Origin: Candidatus Shapirobacteria bacterium
Lineage (GTDB): Bacteria; Patescibacteriota; Microgenomatia; UM-FILTER-40-11
Assembly (NCBI GenBank): GCA_020059745.1
Contig: JAGVBK010000004.1
Location: 242,511 to 306,510 of the forward strand
DNA: 64,000 nt
Reading direction: 5' to 3'
In this document: piece by piece, positions 9,764-19,314 of the stretch
Numbering within the stretch: position 1 is the first letter of the stretch
Layout: each line of letters opens with the position of its first letter
Position numbers and translations under genes: made by a program
Notes under the pieces: generated by a model
What the model was told of the DNA's origin: nothing
Database searches by the model: none
What the model saw: the letters and a program-made list of their open reading frames with translations, nothing else

Positions 9764-11266
9764 TTACCAAGGTAATGCTAAGCCTAAATTATTAAAAAAG
9801 CTTTTATCTTGCATAACTTCTCTGGTTGCCCCTTCCCTTACCAGTCGGCCGTGATTCATTACCACCACCTGGTTTGTAGTCCGGGCAATCATTGGCCAGT
9901 CATGGGAAATTATTATTATAGTTTTTCCTTGAGCCTGAAGAGCCTTTATTTGCTCTGTCAAAGCTAGCCTCTCCTGTTGGTTTAAGCCTTTTGTTGGCTC
10001 GTCAAAAATCAGTATCTTAGGATCAGTTGAGAGAGCACAGCCTAAGGCTAGTCTTTGTTGCTGGCCAGTAGAAAGGCTTTTGGGATGTTCATCATCAAGG
10101 TTTGCAAGGCCAATTTCTGCCGGAGAGACACAACAGGAAACACCAGCTGCTTTAGGCGTAAAGCCAAGTTCGTCTCTAACTGTGCTTGTAAAAAAAGTAT
10201 CACCAGGATTCTGGTAAAGATAAGCAATATCAAGAACCCTTTCATTTGCCGGTGTTAGAAAAGGCTCGCTGCTTTCTAGCCTTACTCTGCCTGATTTTGG
10301 CCGGTAAATGCCGGCAAGGATTTTTGCCAAAGTAGTTTTTCCAGAGCCATTGTGGCCAATTATTCCGGTAACAGAACCTTTATGAATTTCTACGGAAACA
10401 TTGTTAACAGCAAGCTTATCGTTATAAGCAAAGCAGACACTTTCTGCGGAAACAGCAACAGGGCTGTTCCCCGGTTCCCTGAATTCAACTCGAGGGATAA
10501 CTATGCCTGCTTCTTGAGCTAGAATTTGGTTATTGCGGATTTCTTGCGGGTTGCCGGAGAATATTTGTCTTCCTTCTTTTATAATTAAGGCTTTATTTGC
10601 TTGTTCAAGTAACCACTTGGGGCAAGAAGAGTCAGCCACAATTAAAGTTACACCCTTTTCTTGCAAGGCTTTCATAATTTTCTTTATCCTTTCCTGACCA
10701 TTCTGGTCAAGGTCAGAAGAAATGTCGTCAAAAATCATGAGCTTCGGATCTTTGGCAAGCATTGAGGCAACTACAACCGCTTGTCCCTCTCCGCCGGAAA
10801 GGCCATTAACCTCTCTGTCTTTAAGTTCAGAGATACCCATAAAAGAAAGAAGTGAGTTTACCCTTTGGTGCATTTCCTCGCTTTTAACCCCAATGTTTTC
10901 AAGAGGAAAGGCAATTGCTTGTTCAACCTCACTTGCCATTAGCTGGTTTCTAAAGTTCTGAAAAACTATCCCGTAATCACGGGTAAGAGCGCTAATTTCA
11001 GTGGAAGCGACATCGTTCCCAAAGAGCTCAATTTTGCCTTCGTGCCTGCCGCCTTTAAAAAAATGATGGTTGAATCCGGCAAGAGAAGAAAAAAGAGTAG
11101 TTTTGCCGCTACCACTATCACCAAAAATAACTACAAAGTCTCCTTGAGAAACTTCAAGGTTAATGTCTTCTAAAGCCCGTTTTGTAGAAAAAGGATGCTT
11201 ATAAGAATAGTGTTCAATCCTGCAAGCAGGAGTTAACAAAGACTGTTCAAATTCGTGATTAAGCAT
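9764..11266 (-). CDS. ECF transporter ATPase, duplicated/fused A1-A2 (tandem ABC domains)
   Basis: Two Walker A motifs (GDSGSGKTT and GHNGSGKTT) and two LSGG-type signatures (LSGGEGQ, LSTGQQQ); AT-rich native composition. Confidence 0.85.
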   Translation of the reverse strand: MLNHEFEQSLLTPACRIEHYSYKHPFSTKRALEDINLEVSQGDFVVIFGDSGSGKTTLFSSLAGFNHHFFKGGRHEGKIELFGNDVASTEISALTRDYGIVFQNFRNQLMASEVEQAIAFPLENIGVKSEEMHQRVNSLLSFMGISELKDREVNGLSGGEGQAVVVASMLAKDPKLMIFDDISSDLDQNGQERIKKIMKALQEKGVTLIVADSSCPKWLLEQANKALIIKEGRQIFSGNPQEIRNNQILAQEAGIVIPRVEFREPGNSPVAVSAESVCFAYNDKLAVNNVSVEIHKGSVTGIIGHNGSGKTTLAKILAGIYRPKSGRVRLESSEPFLTPANERVLDIAYLYQNPGDTFFTSTVRDELGFTPKAAGVSCCVSPAEIGLANLDDEHPKSLSTGQQQRLALGCALSTDPKILIFDEPTKGLNQQERLALTEQIKALQAQGKTIIIISHDWPMIARTTNQVVVMNHGRLVREGATREVMQDKSFFNNLGLALPW

Positions 11267-11296
11267 TATTTATTATTTGATTATTTTTTGGTGTCT

Positions 11297-11336
11297 CTAG
11301 GAGGCCGGGTGCAGATGAAGCCTAACGGCCTCCTAG
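11297..11336. repeat. GC-rich 11-bp perfect inverted repeat at the composition junction
   Basis: ctaggaggccg and cggcctcctag separated by 18 nt; contains the stop codon of the T-component gene; lies exactly where GC content jumps. Confidence 0.5.
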
Positions 11337-12001
11337 AGTTTAAGGGTGAAAGCCAAGATGGAAAGCACGAGCATAAAGCCAAGGACTAGCCAGTCCACAC
11401 GGGTGAAGTGAAGCTGGTTGTAGACTGTTCGCTTGGCAAAAGGATCATAACCTAACACTTCGTGAGACAGCCCCTGATAGCGGATTCTGTCCAGCATTGC
11501 CTCAAAAAGCGGGATAGCAAGACCAACTGCTTTTTTTGCCTTTTGGACAACGCTTCCTGTTGTGTCGATCCCGCGGGCTCTTTGGATTTCTTGAAGTCTT
11601 GATACTTCCAAGCCCACAGAAGGAACCGTGAGCAAGGACTGGCCCAAAAGGTAAGTAAAAAGCTCGGTTGCCGTTGACCATTTTTCGATCCGGATGTTTC
11701 TCATGGTCTCGACAAACCTGCTGTTTCCCATGGACATGACCAAGGCAGAGGAGCCAAGGAGAACAAACATTCTTAAGGCAAAGATGGCTGCCTTGCCAAA
11801 TCCTCCGGCAGGTAGCTCGACAACAGTGACAAAAACCAGAAAGGGTGCTACTACCCGAAAGAAGTTAAGCAACCCTCTTGGTTTTGACAACCAAAACACT
11901 AACACCGTTCCGGCAAGGAATGCCTGGCCTGTTAATGTTTTATATTTCAAGGCGAGTACCGAGAGAATCATCCACCATGCAAACCAAAGCCTGCGATCCA
12001 T
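11333..12001 (-). CDS. ecfT: ECF transporter transmembrane (T) component EcfT/CbiQ family
   Basis: 222 aa membrane protein with a C-terminal coupling-helix region containing the ARG motif (IQRARGID); markedly higher GC than neighbours. Confidence 0.75.
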   Translation of the reverse strand: MDRRLWFAWWMILSVLALKYKTLTGQAFLAGTVLVFWLSKPRGLLNFFRVVAPFLVFVTVVELPAGGFGKAAIFALRMFVLLGSSALVMSMGNSRFVETMRNIRIEKWSTATELFTYLLGQSLLTVPSVGLEVSRLQEIQRARGIDTTGSVVQKAKKAVGLAIPLFEAMLDRIRYQGLSHEVLGYDPFAKRTVYNQLHFTRVDWLVLGFMLVLSILAFTLKL

Positions 12002-12055
12002 GTCTCTCCTTTCAAGGAGAGGGCTCGGGTGAACCCTCTCCCTGCGGGATGGTTC

Positions 12056-12967
12056 TCAGAAGTTGGGGAGTTCTGATCGCCATTGGACAATGCGGAGCAG
12101 GGGTTCAGCCAGGAAAGCGGTGCAGAGTACCATTGGAATGGTGTCTGACATCACGCCGATGGCGAAGAACCCGGCCCACCAAGGAACTCCTCCTGCAGTA
12201 GTGACATTGAGCGAGGCGCCGACAAAAAAGGCCATGGTCACGCCAGCGACCAGGTTCACGAGCGCGCACTTGACGACCCATCGCCTTCTGTTCTCCTGAA
12301 TGTGGGAGAGAAGTTCCTGGCGGCTTTTTCCTCCACGGAGAATCACGGCAATGGCTGAGCCGGTGAGTGCACCGACAAGGATGCCGTCAACCACTGGGGT
12401 GTGGGGCAAAATCCAGTAGCCTGCCAGCAATGCCCAGGCTATCGAGCCCAGGTAGCCGGCAAGGAACCCGGTGGCTCTGCCAAAGACCAAGGCAACAAGG
12501 CCTGGTACAAAGGCAAAGGTTCGTAGGTGGACTGCCCCGGGGATGATCGGGACCGGCGAAAGAAACATCCAGCTGAACGCAGTAAGACCGGCCATTACAG
12601 CACCGATAAGCAAACCTTTTCTGACATCAGCAGGATCAGCGCTTTCTACCAATCCCCAGTTTCGTAGTTGACTCATCAGAGCGTACCAGTTCCCGAGTTT
12701 GGTGAGTCTGATGGCGACCAGTACCAACCCCATAGCGAACACTGCCCAAACCACGTAAGTGATGGGGTAGCTAGCCTGCTCCATCCAGGCAAGCCACGAG
12801 GGGACCTTCAGTTGGGCAACGCGCTGAAGAAAGGAAGAGATTGCCTCCCTTCCAAGCGTGGTGACGGAGATGACCAAAAGAAGGAGAACCAGAAGCCCTG
12901 CGAGGATCAGGGGAACCCGATCCTCTCTACCGACGTCTACTCTTCGAGCTGCTGTTCTCGTTGCCAC
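12056..12967 (-). CDS. Integral membrane protein, putative ECF substrate-binding (S) component
   Basis: Highly hydrophobic, about 58% GC; strong SD aaaggagg 8 nt upstream of the GTG at 12967 (the ORF track's longer version starts at 13009); family not recognized. Confidence 0.45.
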   Translation of the reverse strand: MATRTAARRVDVGREDRVPLILAGLLVLLLLVISVTTLGREAISSFLQRVAQLKVPSWLAWMEQASYPITYVVWAVFAMGLVLVAIRLTKLGNWYALMSQLRNWGLVESADPADVRKGLLIGAVMAGLTAFSWMFLSPVPIIPGAVHLRTFAFVPGLVALVFGRATGFLAGYLGSIAWALLAGYWILPHTPVVDGILVGALTGSAIAVILRGGKSRQELLSHIQENRRRWVVKCALVNLVAGVTMAFFVGASLNVTTAGGVPWWAGFFAIGVMSDTIPMVLCTAFLAEPLLRIVQWRSELPNF

Positions 12968-13009
12968 GGTCTGCCTCCTTTTTGAGACATAGAGAATTGC
13001 GGAATGCAC

Positions 13010-13100
13010 AGTCTGCTTTCAACGGAAAGCAGCAAGGAAGCGGCTTAAAAAGAAGGGCCTCTTTGCTGCCTTCCGCATTAATTGGCTTTCACTTTTCAAA
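13010..13100 (-). promoter_or_regulatory. Structured GC-rich 5' leader (unclassified riboswitch-like) upstream of the putative S component
   Basis: Sense strand shows a long-range closing helix (atgcggaaggca / tgcattccgcat, 11 of 12) enclosing two internal hairpins, ending right at the SD. Confidence 0.3.
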
Positions 13101-13333
13101 GAACTAACCGTTTAAGAAACGCTTTTGTTTTCAGAAACGGAGTTATTAAAGTCATTTTTTAATTGTTTGAAAAAGTTGGAAAAAAGAATAAAAAAAGCCC
13201 CGGCTAAAAACCGACACCGTGGGCAGTCTGAAGTTGCCATTTTATTAAACATTGTTTTTTCTCCGGCAAAAGAGAATCTTTTTGCTGATAACACTTTTTT
13301 AGCAAATTGCTACAAATAAGTCAATAGATTGAA

Positions 13334-13870
13334 TTATCGGCTGAAAACCGGAAGCATAGAAAGGTAAAGAAGCTTTCCTTGATACTGGTTTCCTTGTTTA
13401 AAAATTGAAGCAATAAGGGAGATATTTGCTCCAGTCTTTAAAAGAATTTTTTCAAGGTTGGTGATGGTTTTTCCGGAAGAAACCACATCATCAACCACAA
13501 TTACTTTTTTTCCTTTTAAAAGCTGGGCATCCGGTCCATCCAAAACCAGCATTTCCGGTTTTTTTCCGTTTGTAACTTTAAGGACTTCCGGTGAAAGCAT
13601 ATAGCCTTTTATGCTTTTTCGGCAAACAACATACCTTTTTTTGCCAAGTTTTTGCGACAAGGCAAACAAAAGGGGAACTACTTTTACTTCTGGCCCAACA
13701 ATGTAGTCAAAATCAATTCCTTTCAGTTTTTCAGCCAGCAGTGAGGCGGCTACTTCTGTAAGTTCGGCATCACCTAAAAGAGAAATGCTGGCAATTTTTA
13801 TTTTTGGAGTTAGGGAAACAATAGGCAATTTTCTTTTTAAGCCGAAAAAGTCAAGCTCGTAAAACTCCAT
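13334..13870 (-). CDS. Phosphoribosyltransferase (type I PRTase; APRT/XPRT/ComF-like)
   Basis: PRPP-binding motif VIVVDDVVSSGKT; 178 aa. Confidence 0.65.
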   Translation of the reverse strand: MEFYELDFFGLKRKLPIVSLTPKIKIASISLLGDAELTEVAASLLAEKLKGIDFDYIVGPEVKVVPLLFALSQKLGKKRYVVCRKSIKGYMLSPEVLKVTNGKKPEMLVLDGPDAQLLKGKKVIVVDDVVSSGKTITNLEKILLKTGANISLIASIFKQGNQYQGKLLYLSMLPVFSR

Positions 13871-13910
13871 ATTAAAAATAATTATATGTCAATTAGGAAA
13901 ATAAAAAATA

Positions 13911-13939
13911 TTGCTTTGGAAATGGATTTTTGTTAAAAT
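13911..13939 (+). promoter_or_regulatory. Sigma70-like promoter TTGCTT-17-TAAAAT for fusA
   Basis: ttgctt at 13911-13916, 17-nt spacer, tgttaaaat extended -10. Confidence 0.45.
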
Positions 13940-13982
13940 GTTTTTTGAAGATAGTCTTTTTTATTGACTTTCAAAGCGGTGC

Positions 13983-14013
13983 TCCGCTTAAAAAGAGGCG
14001 GAGTTCTTTTTTT
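13983..14013 (+). terminator. Leader hairpin plus U-run (attenuator) in the fusA 5' UTR
   Basis: ctccgc ... gcggag stem followed by ttcttttttt; the overlapping alternative stem aagcgg/ccgctt shares the ccgc segment. Confidence 0.45.
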
Positions 14014-14037
14014 GATATTTTTTATTAAAGGATAATT

Positions 14038-16134
14038 ATGGCAGCAATCCAAAAAACAACTGAAAGAACTATGCCTTTGGAAAAGGTAAGGAATATTGGT
14101 GTTATTGCCCATATCGACGCCGGTAAAACCACCACTACGGAAAGAATTCTTTTCTATACTGGAAAAACTTACAAGTTGGGAAATATTGACGAGGGAACGA
14201 CGGTCACCGACTGGATGGACCAGGAAAGAGAACGAGGAATTACCATTGTTTCTGCGGCAATTACCACTTTTTGGAAAGACCACCGTATTAACATTATTGA
14301 CACCCCGGGACATGTGGATTTCACGGCTGAGGTTGAGCGTTCCATGAGAGTTTTGGATGGCGGAGTTACTGTTTTTGACGCCGAAGAAGGAGTGCAGTCA
14401 CAGTCAGAAACAGTTTGGAGGCAAGCGGATAAATATCATGTTCCCCGGCTTATCTTCATAAATAAAATGGACAAGCTTGGTGCTAATTTCAAAGGCACCT
14501 TGGAAATGATAAAAGAAAGACTGGGAATTAACCCAGCCATTATTTCTTATCCTATTGGCGCGGAACAGGATTTTAAGGGAGTAGTTTTGTTACTCGAGAA
14601 AAAAGCCCTTTACTGGGAAAAGGACCCGCTTGGCATTCAGTTTGAGGAAGCTGAAGTTCCGGAAAATATGAAGGCTGAAATTGAGGAAGCCAGACATAAT
14701 CTGGTAGAACAAATCTGCGCTGAGGACGAAACCCTGCTTGAAAAATATCTAAGTGGCGAAGAGCCAACTATTTCTGAGCTTAAAACCGTTTTAAGGAAAG
14801 CCACTATCGACTACAGACTGGTGCCGATTTACGCCGGTTCTTCTTTAAGGAATAAAGGTGTTCAGCCGCTTCTCGACGGAATCATTGAATACCTGCCGTC
14901 GCCTTTGGAAGTTCCTCCGGTAAAAGGAACAGATCCCAAAACAGAAGCAGAGCTTGAAAGAAAGCCAAGTAATGACGAACCGTTATCTGCTCTGGCTTTT
15001 AAAATTCAGGTTGACCCTCATGTTGGAAAATTAACCTATATCAGGGTTTATTCAGGAGTTTTAAAGTCAGGCAGGCCGGTAATGAATTCTACAAAAAAAG
15101 ATGAAGAAAGAATCGGCCGGCTACTTCTTATGCATGCAGACAAAAGAGAAGAGATTACCGAGGCCTTTGCAGGAGAGATTGTGGCTGCCATCGGTTTAAC
15201 TAATACTTCTACCGGAGATACACTTTGTGATCAGACCAATCCGATTGTCCTTGAGTCGATCAAATTTCCAGAACCGGTTATTTCTTTGGCCATTGAACCA
15301 AAGACAAAGTCTGACCAGGAAAAACTGGGCAATGCCTTAAACCGGCTTTCGGAAGAAGACCCCACCTTTAAAATAAAAATGAACCATGAAACCGGGCAGA
15401 CCATTATTGCCGGCATGGGAGAACTCCACCTTGAAATTCTGGTGGAGAGAATGAGAAGGGAATTTGGCGTTGATGCTGAGACCGGTGCGCCTCAGGTGGC
15501 TTATAAAGAAACAATTGCTAGAATTGCTGAAGGTGAAGGAAAATATATTCACCAGTCAGGGGGGCGCGGTCAATACGGTCATTGCTGGCTTAGGGTTGAA
15601 CCTAAAAACAGAGGCGAGGGTTATGAATTTACTTCTGAGATTAAAGGTGGCGCTATTCCCAGTGAATTTGTTCCCGCGATTGAAAAGGGCGTTAAGGAAG
15701 CAATGGAAAACGGTGTTCTGGCCGGATTCCCTATGGTTGATATGAAGGTTGTTGTTTTTGACGGCTCTTTCCATGAGGTTGACTCTTCAGAGATTGCTTT
15801 TAAGATTGCCGGTACTCAGGCGCTTCAGGCAGCAACCAAAGAAGCAGGGATTTCCCTACTTGAACCAATTATGAAAGTAGAAGTTACTACCCCTGAAGAT
15901 TTCATGGGAACCATTATTGGTGATCTTTCTTCAAGAAGGGCCCAGATTTTGGGAACTGAGGTCAGGGGAGTAGCCAGGATTGTCACGGCTTTGGTTCCTT
16001 TAGCAGAAATTTCCGGTTATTCGACTACTTTAAGAAGTTTAAGCCAAGGAAGAGCAAGCTACTATATGGAGCCTTCTCATTATCAGGAAGTGCCCAAAAA
16101 TATTACAGAAGCAATTGTTGCAAAGAGAACCTAA
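14038..16134 (+). CDS. fusA: Elongation factor G
   Basis: 698 aa; GTPase G1 AHIDAGKTT and the EF-G domain order. Confidence 0.97.
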   Translation: MAAIQKTTERTMPLEKVRNIGVIAHIDAGKTTTTERILFYTGKTYKLGNIDEGTTVTDWMDQERERGITIVSAAITTFWKDHRINIIDTPGHVDFTAEVERSMRVLDGGVTVFDAEEGVQSQSETVWRQADKYHVPRLIFINKMDKLGANFKGTLEMIKERLGINPAIISYPIGAEQDFKGVVLLLEKKALYWEKDPLGIQFEEAEVPENMKAEIEEARHNLVEQICAEDETLLEKYLSGEEPTISELKTVLRKATIDYRLVPIYAGSSLRNKGVQPLLDGIIEYLPSPLEVPPVKGTDPKTEAELERKPSNDEPLSALAFKIQVDPHVGKLTYIRVYSGVLKSGRPVMNSTKKDEERIGRLLLMHADKREEITEAFAGEIVAAIGLTNTSTGDTLCDQTNPIVLESIKFPEPVISLAIEPKTKSDQEKLGNALNRLSEEDPTFKIKMNHETGQTIIAGMGELHLEILVERMRREFGVDAETGAPQVAYKETIARIAEGEGKYIHQSGGRGQYGHCWLRVEPKNRGEGYEFTSEIKGGAIPSEFVPAIEKGVKEAMENGVLAGFPMVDMKVVVFDGSFHEVDSSEIAFKIAGTQALQAATKEAGISLLEPIMKVEVTTPEDFMGTIIGDLSSRRAQILGTEVRGVARIVTALVPLAEISGYSTTLRSLSQGRASYYMEPSHYQEVPKNITEAIVAKRT

Positions 16135-16231
16135 ATTTGTTATAGTAGCAAATTATTATCCCCTTATAGGGGAGCTTATTTAGCGAGTTTATTAATTTAT
16201 TAATTCTCATTTATTAATAGGAGGATAAAAA

Positions 16232-17428
16232 ATGGCAGATTCAGCCCAAAAGTTCGAAAGAACTAAGCCACATCTTAACATTGGTACTATCGGTCATGTT
16301 GACCATGGTAAAACCACTCTTTCTGCTGCAATCAGCACGGTTTTATCAAAACAGCCGGGAAACCCAACCAAAAAATTGGAGTTTTTTGATATTGATAACG
16401 CTCCTGAAGAAAAAGAAAGAGGGGTTACCATCAATATTTCCCACATTGAGTATGAGACAGACAAAAGGCATTACGCCCATATTGACTGTCCGGGACACGC
16501 CGACTATATCAAGAACATGATTACCGGTGCTGCCCAGATGGACGGTGCTATTTTGGTGGTATCTGCTCCAGACGGACCAATGCCGCAGACAAGAGAACAC
16601 ATTCTTTTGGCTAACCAGGTTAATGTTCCGGCTTTAGTTGTTGCCTTAAACAAGGTTGACATGGTTGACGACGCTGAGCTTCTTGATTTGGTTGAAATGG
16701 AAATCAGGGAACTTCTTAAAAAGTATCAGTTCCCAGGAGATGAAATTCCCATTGTCAGAGTTTCTGCTCTTAAAGCTCTTAACGGCGACGCTGAGGCAGA
16801 AAAAGGCATTTTGGAGCTCATGAGTAAGGTTGACGAGTATATTCCAGATCCACAAAGAGATCTTGACAAGCCTTTCTTAATGCCGGTTGAAGATGTTTTC
16901 TCAATCAAAGGTAGAGGCACTGTTGTGACCGGAAGAATTCAGAGAGGGAAGGTTAAAGTCAACGAGGAAGTAGAGATTATTGGCATTACCCAGACCAAAA
17001 AGTCTGTGGTTACCGGAGTTGAGATGTTTAGAAAAACTCTTGACGAAGGCCAGGCTGGAGACAATGTTGGTTTGCTTCTTCGAGGAATCGAAAAAGACGA
17101 TGTTGAAAGAGGCCAAGTTTTAGCCAAACCAGGGTCAGTTACTCCTCATACCAAGTTTGAAGCCGAGGTGTACATTTTAACCAAAGAAGAAGGCGGCAGA
17201 CACACACCTTTCTTTACCGGTTATAGACCTCAGTTCTATTTGGGAACAACTGATGTAACTGGAACTGTTGCCTTAGCTTCCGGAGTTGAGATGGTCATGC
17301 CTGGCGATAACGCCAAGATGACTGTTGAGCTTATTGTTCCGGTTGCTATGGAAGAAGGGCTCCGCTTTGCTATCAGAGAAGGTGGACACACCGTCGGAGC
17401 TGGAGTCATTTCTAAAATTCTAGCTTAA
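16232..17428 (+). CDS. tuf: Elongation factor Tu
   Basis: 398 aa; [22 protein letters not shown] motifs. Confidence 0.97.
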   Translation: MADSAQKFERTKPHLNIGTIGHVDHGKTTLSAAISTVLSKQPGNPTKKLEFFDIDNAPEEKERGVTINISHIEYETDKRHYAHIDCPGHADYIKNMITGAAQMDGAILVVSAPDGPMPQTREHILLANQVNVPALVVALNKVDMVDDAELLDLVEMEIRELLKKYQFPGDEIPIVRVSALKALNGDAEAEKGILELMSKVDEYIPDPQRDLDKPFLMPVEDVFSIKGRGTVVTGRIQRGKVKVNEEVEIIGITQTKKSVVTGVEMFRKTLDEGQAGDNVGLLLRGIEKDDVERGQVLAKPGSVTPHTKFEAEVYILTKEEGGRHTPFFTGYRPQFYLGTTDVTGTVALASGVEMVMPGDNAKMTVELIVPVAMEEGLRFAIREGGHTVGAGVISKILA

Positions 17429-17440
17429 AAATACTTTAAA

Positions 17441-17466
17441 CCCCCGAGCTAAGGCTCGGGGGTTTT
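17441..17466 (+). terminator. Rho-independent terminator after tuf
   Basis: cccccgag ... ctcggggg stem followed by tttt. Confidence 0.7.
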
Positions 17467-17484
17467 ATGAAAAAGAACCTTTAA

Positions 17485-17793
17485 ATGAATAAGGGAAGAA
17501 TACGCATCAAACTAAAATCTTATGATCACCGTGTTGTAGACGAGGCGGCAGCTAAAATTGTGGAAACTGCGATTTTAAGTGGGGCCAAAATAACCGGGCC
17601 AATTCCCTTGCCGACAAGACGGAGGCTGATTGTTGTCAACACCAGCCCGCATACAGATAAGGACGCACGAGAGCAGTTTGAAATGTTAACCCATAAAAGG
17701 CTAATTGACATTGCTGAACCAACTCAAAAAACAATTGAAGGTTTACAACACATGGAACTGCCCGCAGGTGTGGATATTGAAATCAGAATGTGA
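17485..17793 (+). CDS. rpsJ: 30S ribosomal protein S10
   Basis: 102 aa with an S10 family signature ([15 protein letters not shown]). Confidence 0.95.
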   Translation: MNKGRIRIKLKSYDHRVVDEAAAKIVETAILSGAKITGPIPLPTRRRLIVVNTSPHTDKDAREQFEMLTHKRLIDIAEPTQKTIEGLQHMELPAGVDIEIRM

Positions 17794-17802
17794 TGTCTTA
17801 AA

Positions 17803-17831
17803 TTGAAATTTGAGGCAAAACATAGTAAAAT
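17803..17831 (+). promoter_or_regulatory. Sigma70-like promoter TTGAAA-17-TAAAAT upstream of rplC
   Basis: Consensus-like hexamers with 17-nt spacing in the 140-nt rpsJ-rplC gap. Confidence 0.45.
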
Positions 17832-17889
17832 AGACTGATACTTGGAGGTGTCAAATTTTTAGATAATTAATAAATTCAAAGAGTATAGA

Positions 17890-17928
17890 AAGAGCGCTTC
17901 CAGAACCTGCAGGCGCTCTTAATTTTTG
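17890..17928 (+). terminator. Hairpin plus U-run immediately upstream of the rplC start (attenuator-like)
   Basis: aagagcgc ... gcgctctt 8-bp stem followed by aatttttg, ending 6 nt before the rplC ATG. Confidence 0.45.
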
Positions 17929-17933
17929 AAAAA

Positions 17934-18371
17934 ATGGATAAAGAAAAAATCACTGCTATAAAAGGAGAAATGCTGACTTTATATGATGAGGCTGGAAAAG
18001 CTCAACCGGTAACTTCGGTTATCGGCAAAGAGGCAAAACTCGCCGATATCTTTAAGGAAGGTGATTCAATCATGGTTTCCGGCGTTTCCAAAGGAAAAGG
18101 TTTTGCCGGCGTGGTCAAAAGGCATGGTTTTGCCGGCGGTCCTAAGACTCACGGCCAATCTGACCGGCAAAGGGCGCCAGGTTCAATCGGAGCCACCACC
18201 ACCCCGGGTAGAGTTTTTAAAGGCAAAAGAATGGCAGGAAGGATGGGTGGCGAGAAAGTGACTGTTAAAAATCTTTTGGTTTCAAAAGTTGATTCGGAAA
18301 AAAATATCATTTACGTTAAAGGTGCGGTTCCGGGAAGCAAAAGAGGACTAATTACTTTAAGAAAACCATAA
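17934..18371 (+). CDS. rplC: 50S ribosomal protein L3 (compact form, 145 aa)
   Basis: C-terminal KGKGFAG...PGSIG...VKGAVPG core of L3 plus a matching N-terminal strand; about 55 internal residues are missing relative to E. coli L3. Confidence 0.85.
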   Translation: MDKEKITAIKGEMLTLYDEAGKAQPVTSVIGKEAKLADIFKEGDSIMVSGVSKGKGFAGVVKRHGFAGGPKTHGQSDRQRAPGSIGATTTPGRVFKGKRMAGRMGGEKVTVKNLLVSKVDSEKNIIYVKGAVPGSKRGLITLRKP

Positions 18372-18372
18372 A

Positions 18373-19044
18373 ATGAAAAGTTTAAAGATTTCAACCATTA
18401 ATAAAAAAGCGGAAGTTTCCGGAGAGGAAATAATTTCCGGTAAAATTTTGGAAAAAGAGGTTTCCCCTCTTTTGGTTTCCCAGGCAGTGAATGCTTTTTT
18501 GGCTAACCAAAGAAGATCTTTTGCTAAAACAAAAACAAGAGCCGTGGTTGTTGGTTCAAAAAGTAAAATTTACAGGCAAAAAGGCACTGGTCGGGCCAGA
18601 CATGGTGACAGGCAAGCTCCGATTTTTGTCGGTGGCGGAGTTGCCCACGGTCCGAGTGGAGAGCAAAATTATAAGAAAGCTCTCCCCAGGAAGATGACCC
18701 AAAGGGCAATTTTAAAAGTATTAACTGATAAAATTACAGAAAAAAAAGCTTATTTGGTGGAAGGGCTTAATTTCAAAAAAACAAAAGAGGCTTCTTTGTT
18801 TATAGACAAACTAAAAGAGAACCTTAAAGAAGAAGGGAAAATTGCTTTAATTATTGGAAATGAAGCAGACCTTAAAAAATCATTTAGGAATTTAGCTGAG
18901 GCAGTTGTTTTAAGCATAAAATCTATTAGCCCTTATGAGCTTTTAAGCTTTGATTGCCTGTTAATAACCCAAGAAGCTTTTGAAGAAATGAAGAAATATT
19001 TTGGCCTTGAGGCAAAGGAAGAAAAAAATGAAAAGGCTCATTAA
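18373..19044 (+). CDS. rplD: 50S ribosomal protein L4
   Basis: GTGRARHGDRQAPIFVGGGVAHGP motif. Confidence 0.95.
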   Translation: MKSLKISTINKKAEVSGEEIISGKILEKEVSPLLVSQAVNAFLANQRRSFAKTKTRAVVVGSKSKIYRQKGTGRARHGDRQAPIFVGGGVAHGPSGEQNYKKALPRKMTQRAILKVLTDKITEKKAYLVEGLNFKKTKEASLFIDKLKENLKEEGKIALIIGNEADLKKSFRNLAEAVVLSIKSISPYELLSFDCLLITQEAFEEMKKYFGLEAKEEKNEKAH

Positions 19045-19312
19045 ACCGCTTATTACTGAAACAACTCTTGATTTGGCTCAAAGGAATTGGTACACCTTTG
19101 CCGTTCCCTTAGGCCAAAACAAGAATGCAATAAAAGAAACAGTCGAAAAACAGTTTAAGGTTAAGGTTACTGATATAAAAACAATTGTTGTTAAAGGAAA
19201 AACAAAAAGGTCTTTAAGAACAAGAAAAACTACCAAGTCGTCAAATTGGAAAAAAGCCATGGTAAAGGTTAAAGAAGGTCAAAAAATTGATGTTTTTGAT
19301 ATTGGAGCATAA
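19028..19312 (+). CDS. rplW: 50S ribosomal protein L23
   Basis: Internal ATG with an aaggaag RBS; L23-like sequence. The ORF track's 19001 start overlaps rplD. Confidence 0.88.
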   Translation: MKRLIKPLITETTLDLAQRNWYTFAVPLGQNKNAIKETVEKQFKVKVTDIKTIVVKGKTKRSLRTRKTTKSSNWKKAMVKVKEGQKIDVFDIGA

Positions 19313-19314
19313 AA

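Noticed and set aside
11297-11336. GC-rich inverted repeat considered as the intrinsic terminator of ecfT
   Set aside because: In the sense (minus) direction the stem is followed by an A-rich rather than U-rich tract, and the downstream ATPase gene needs read-through. It was kept only as a junction repeat.
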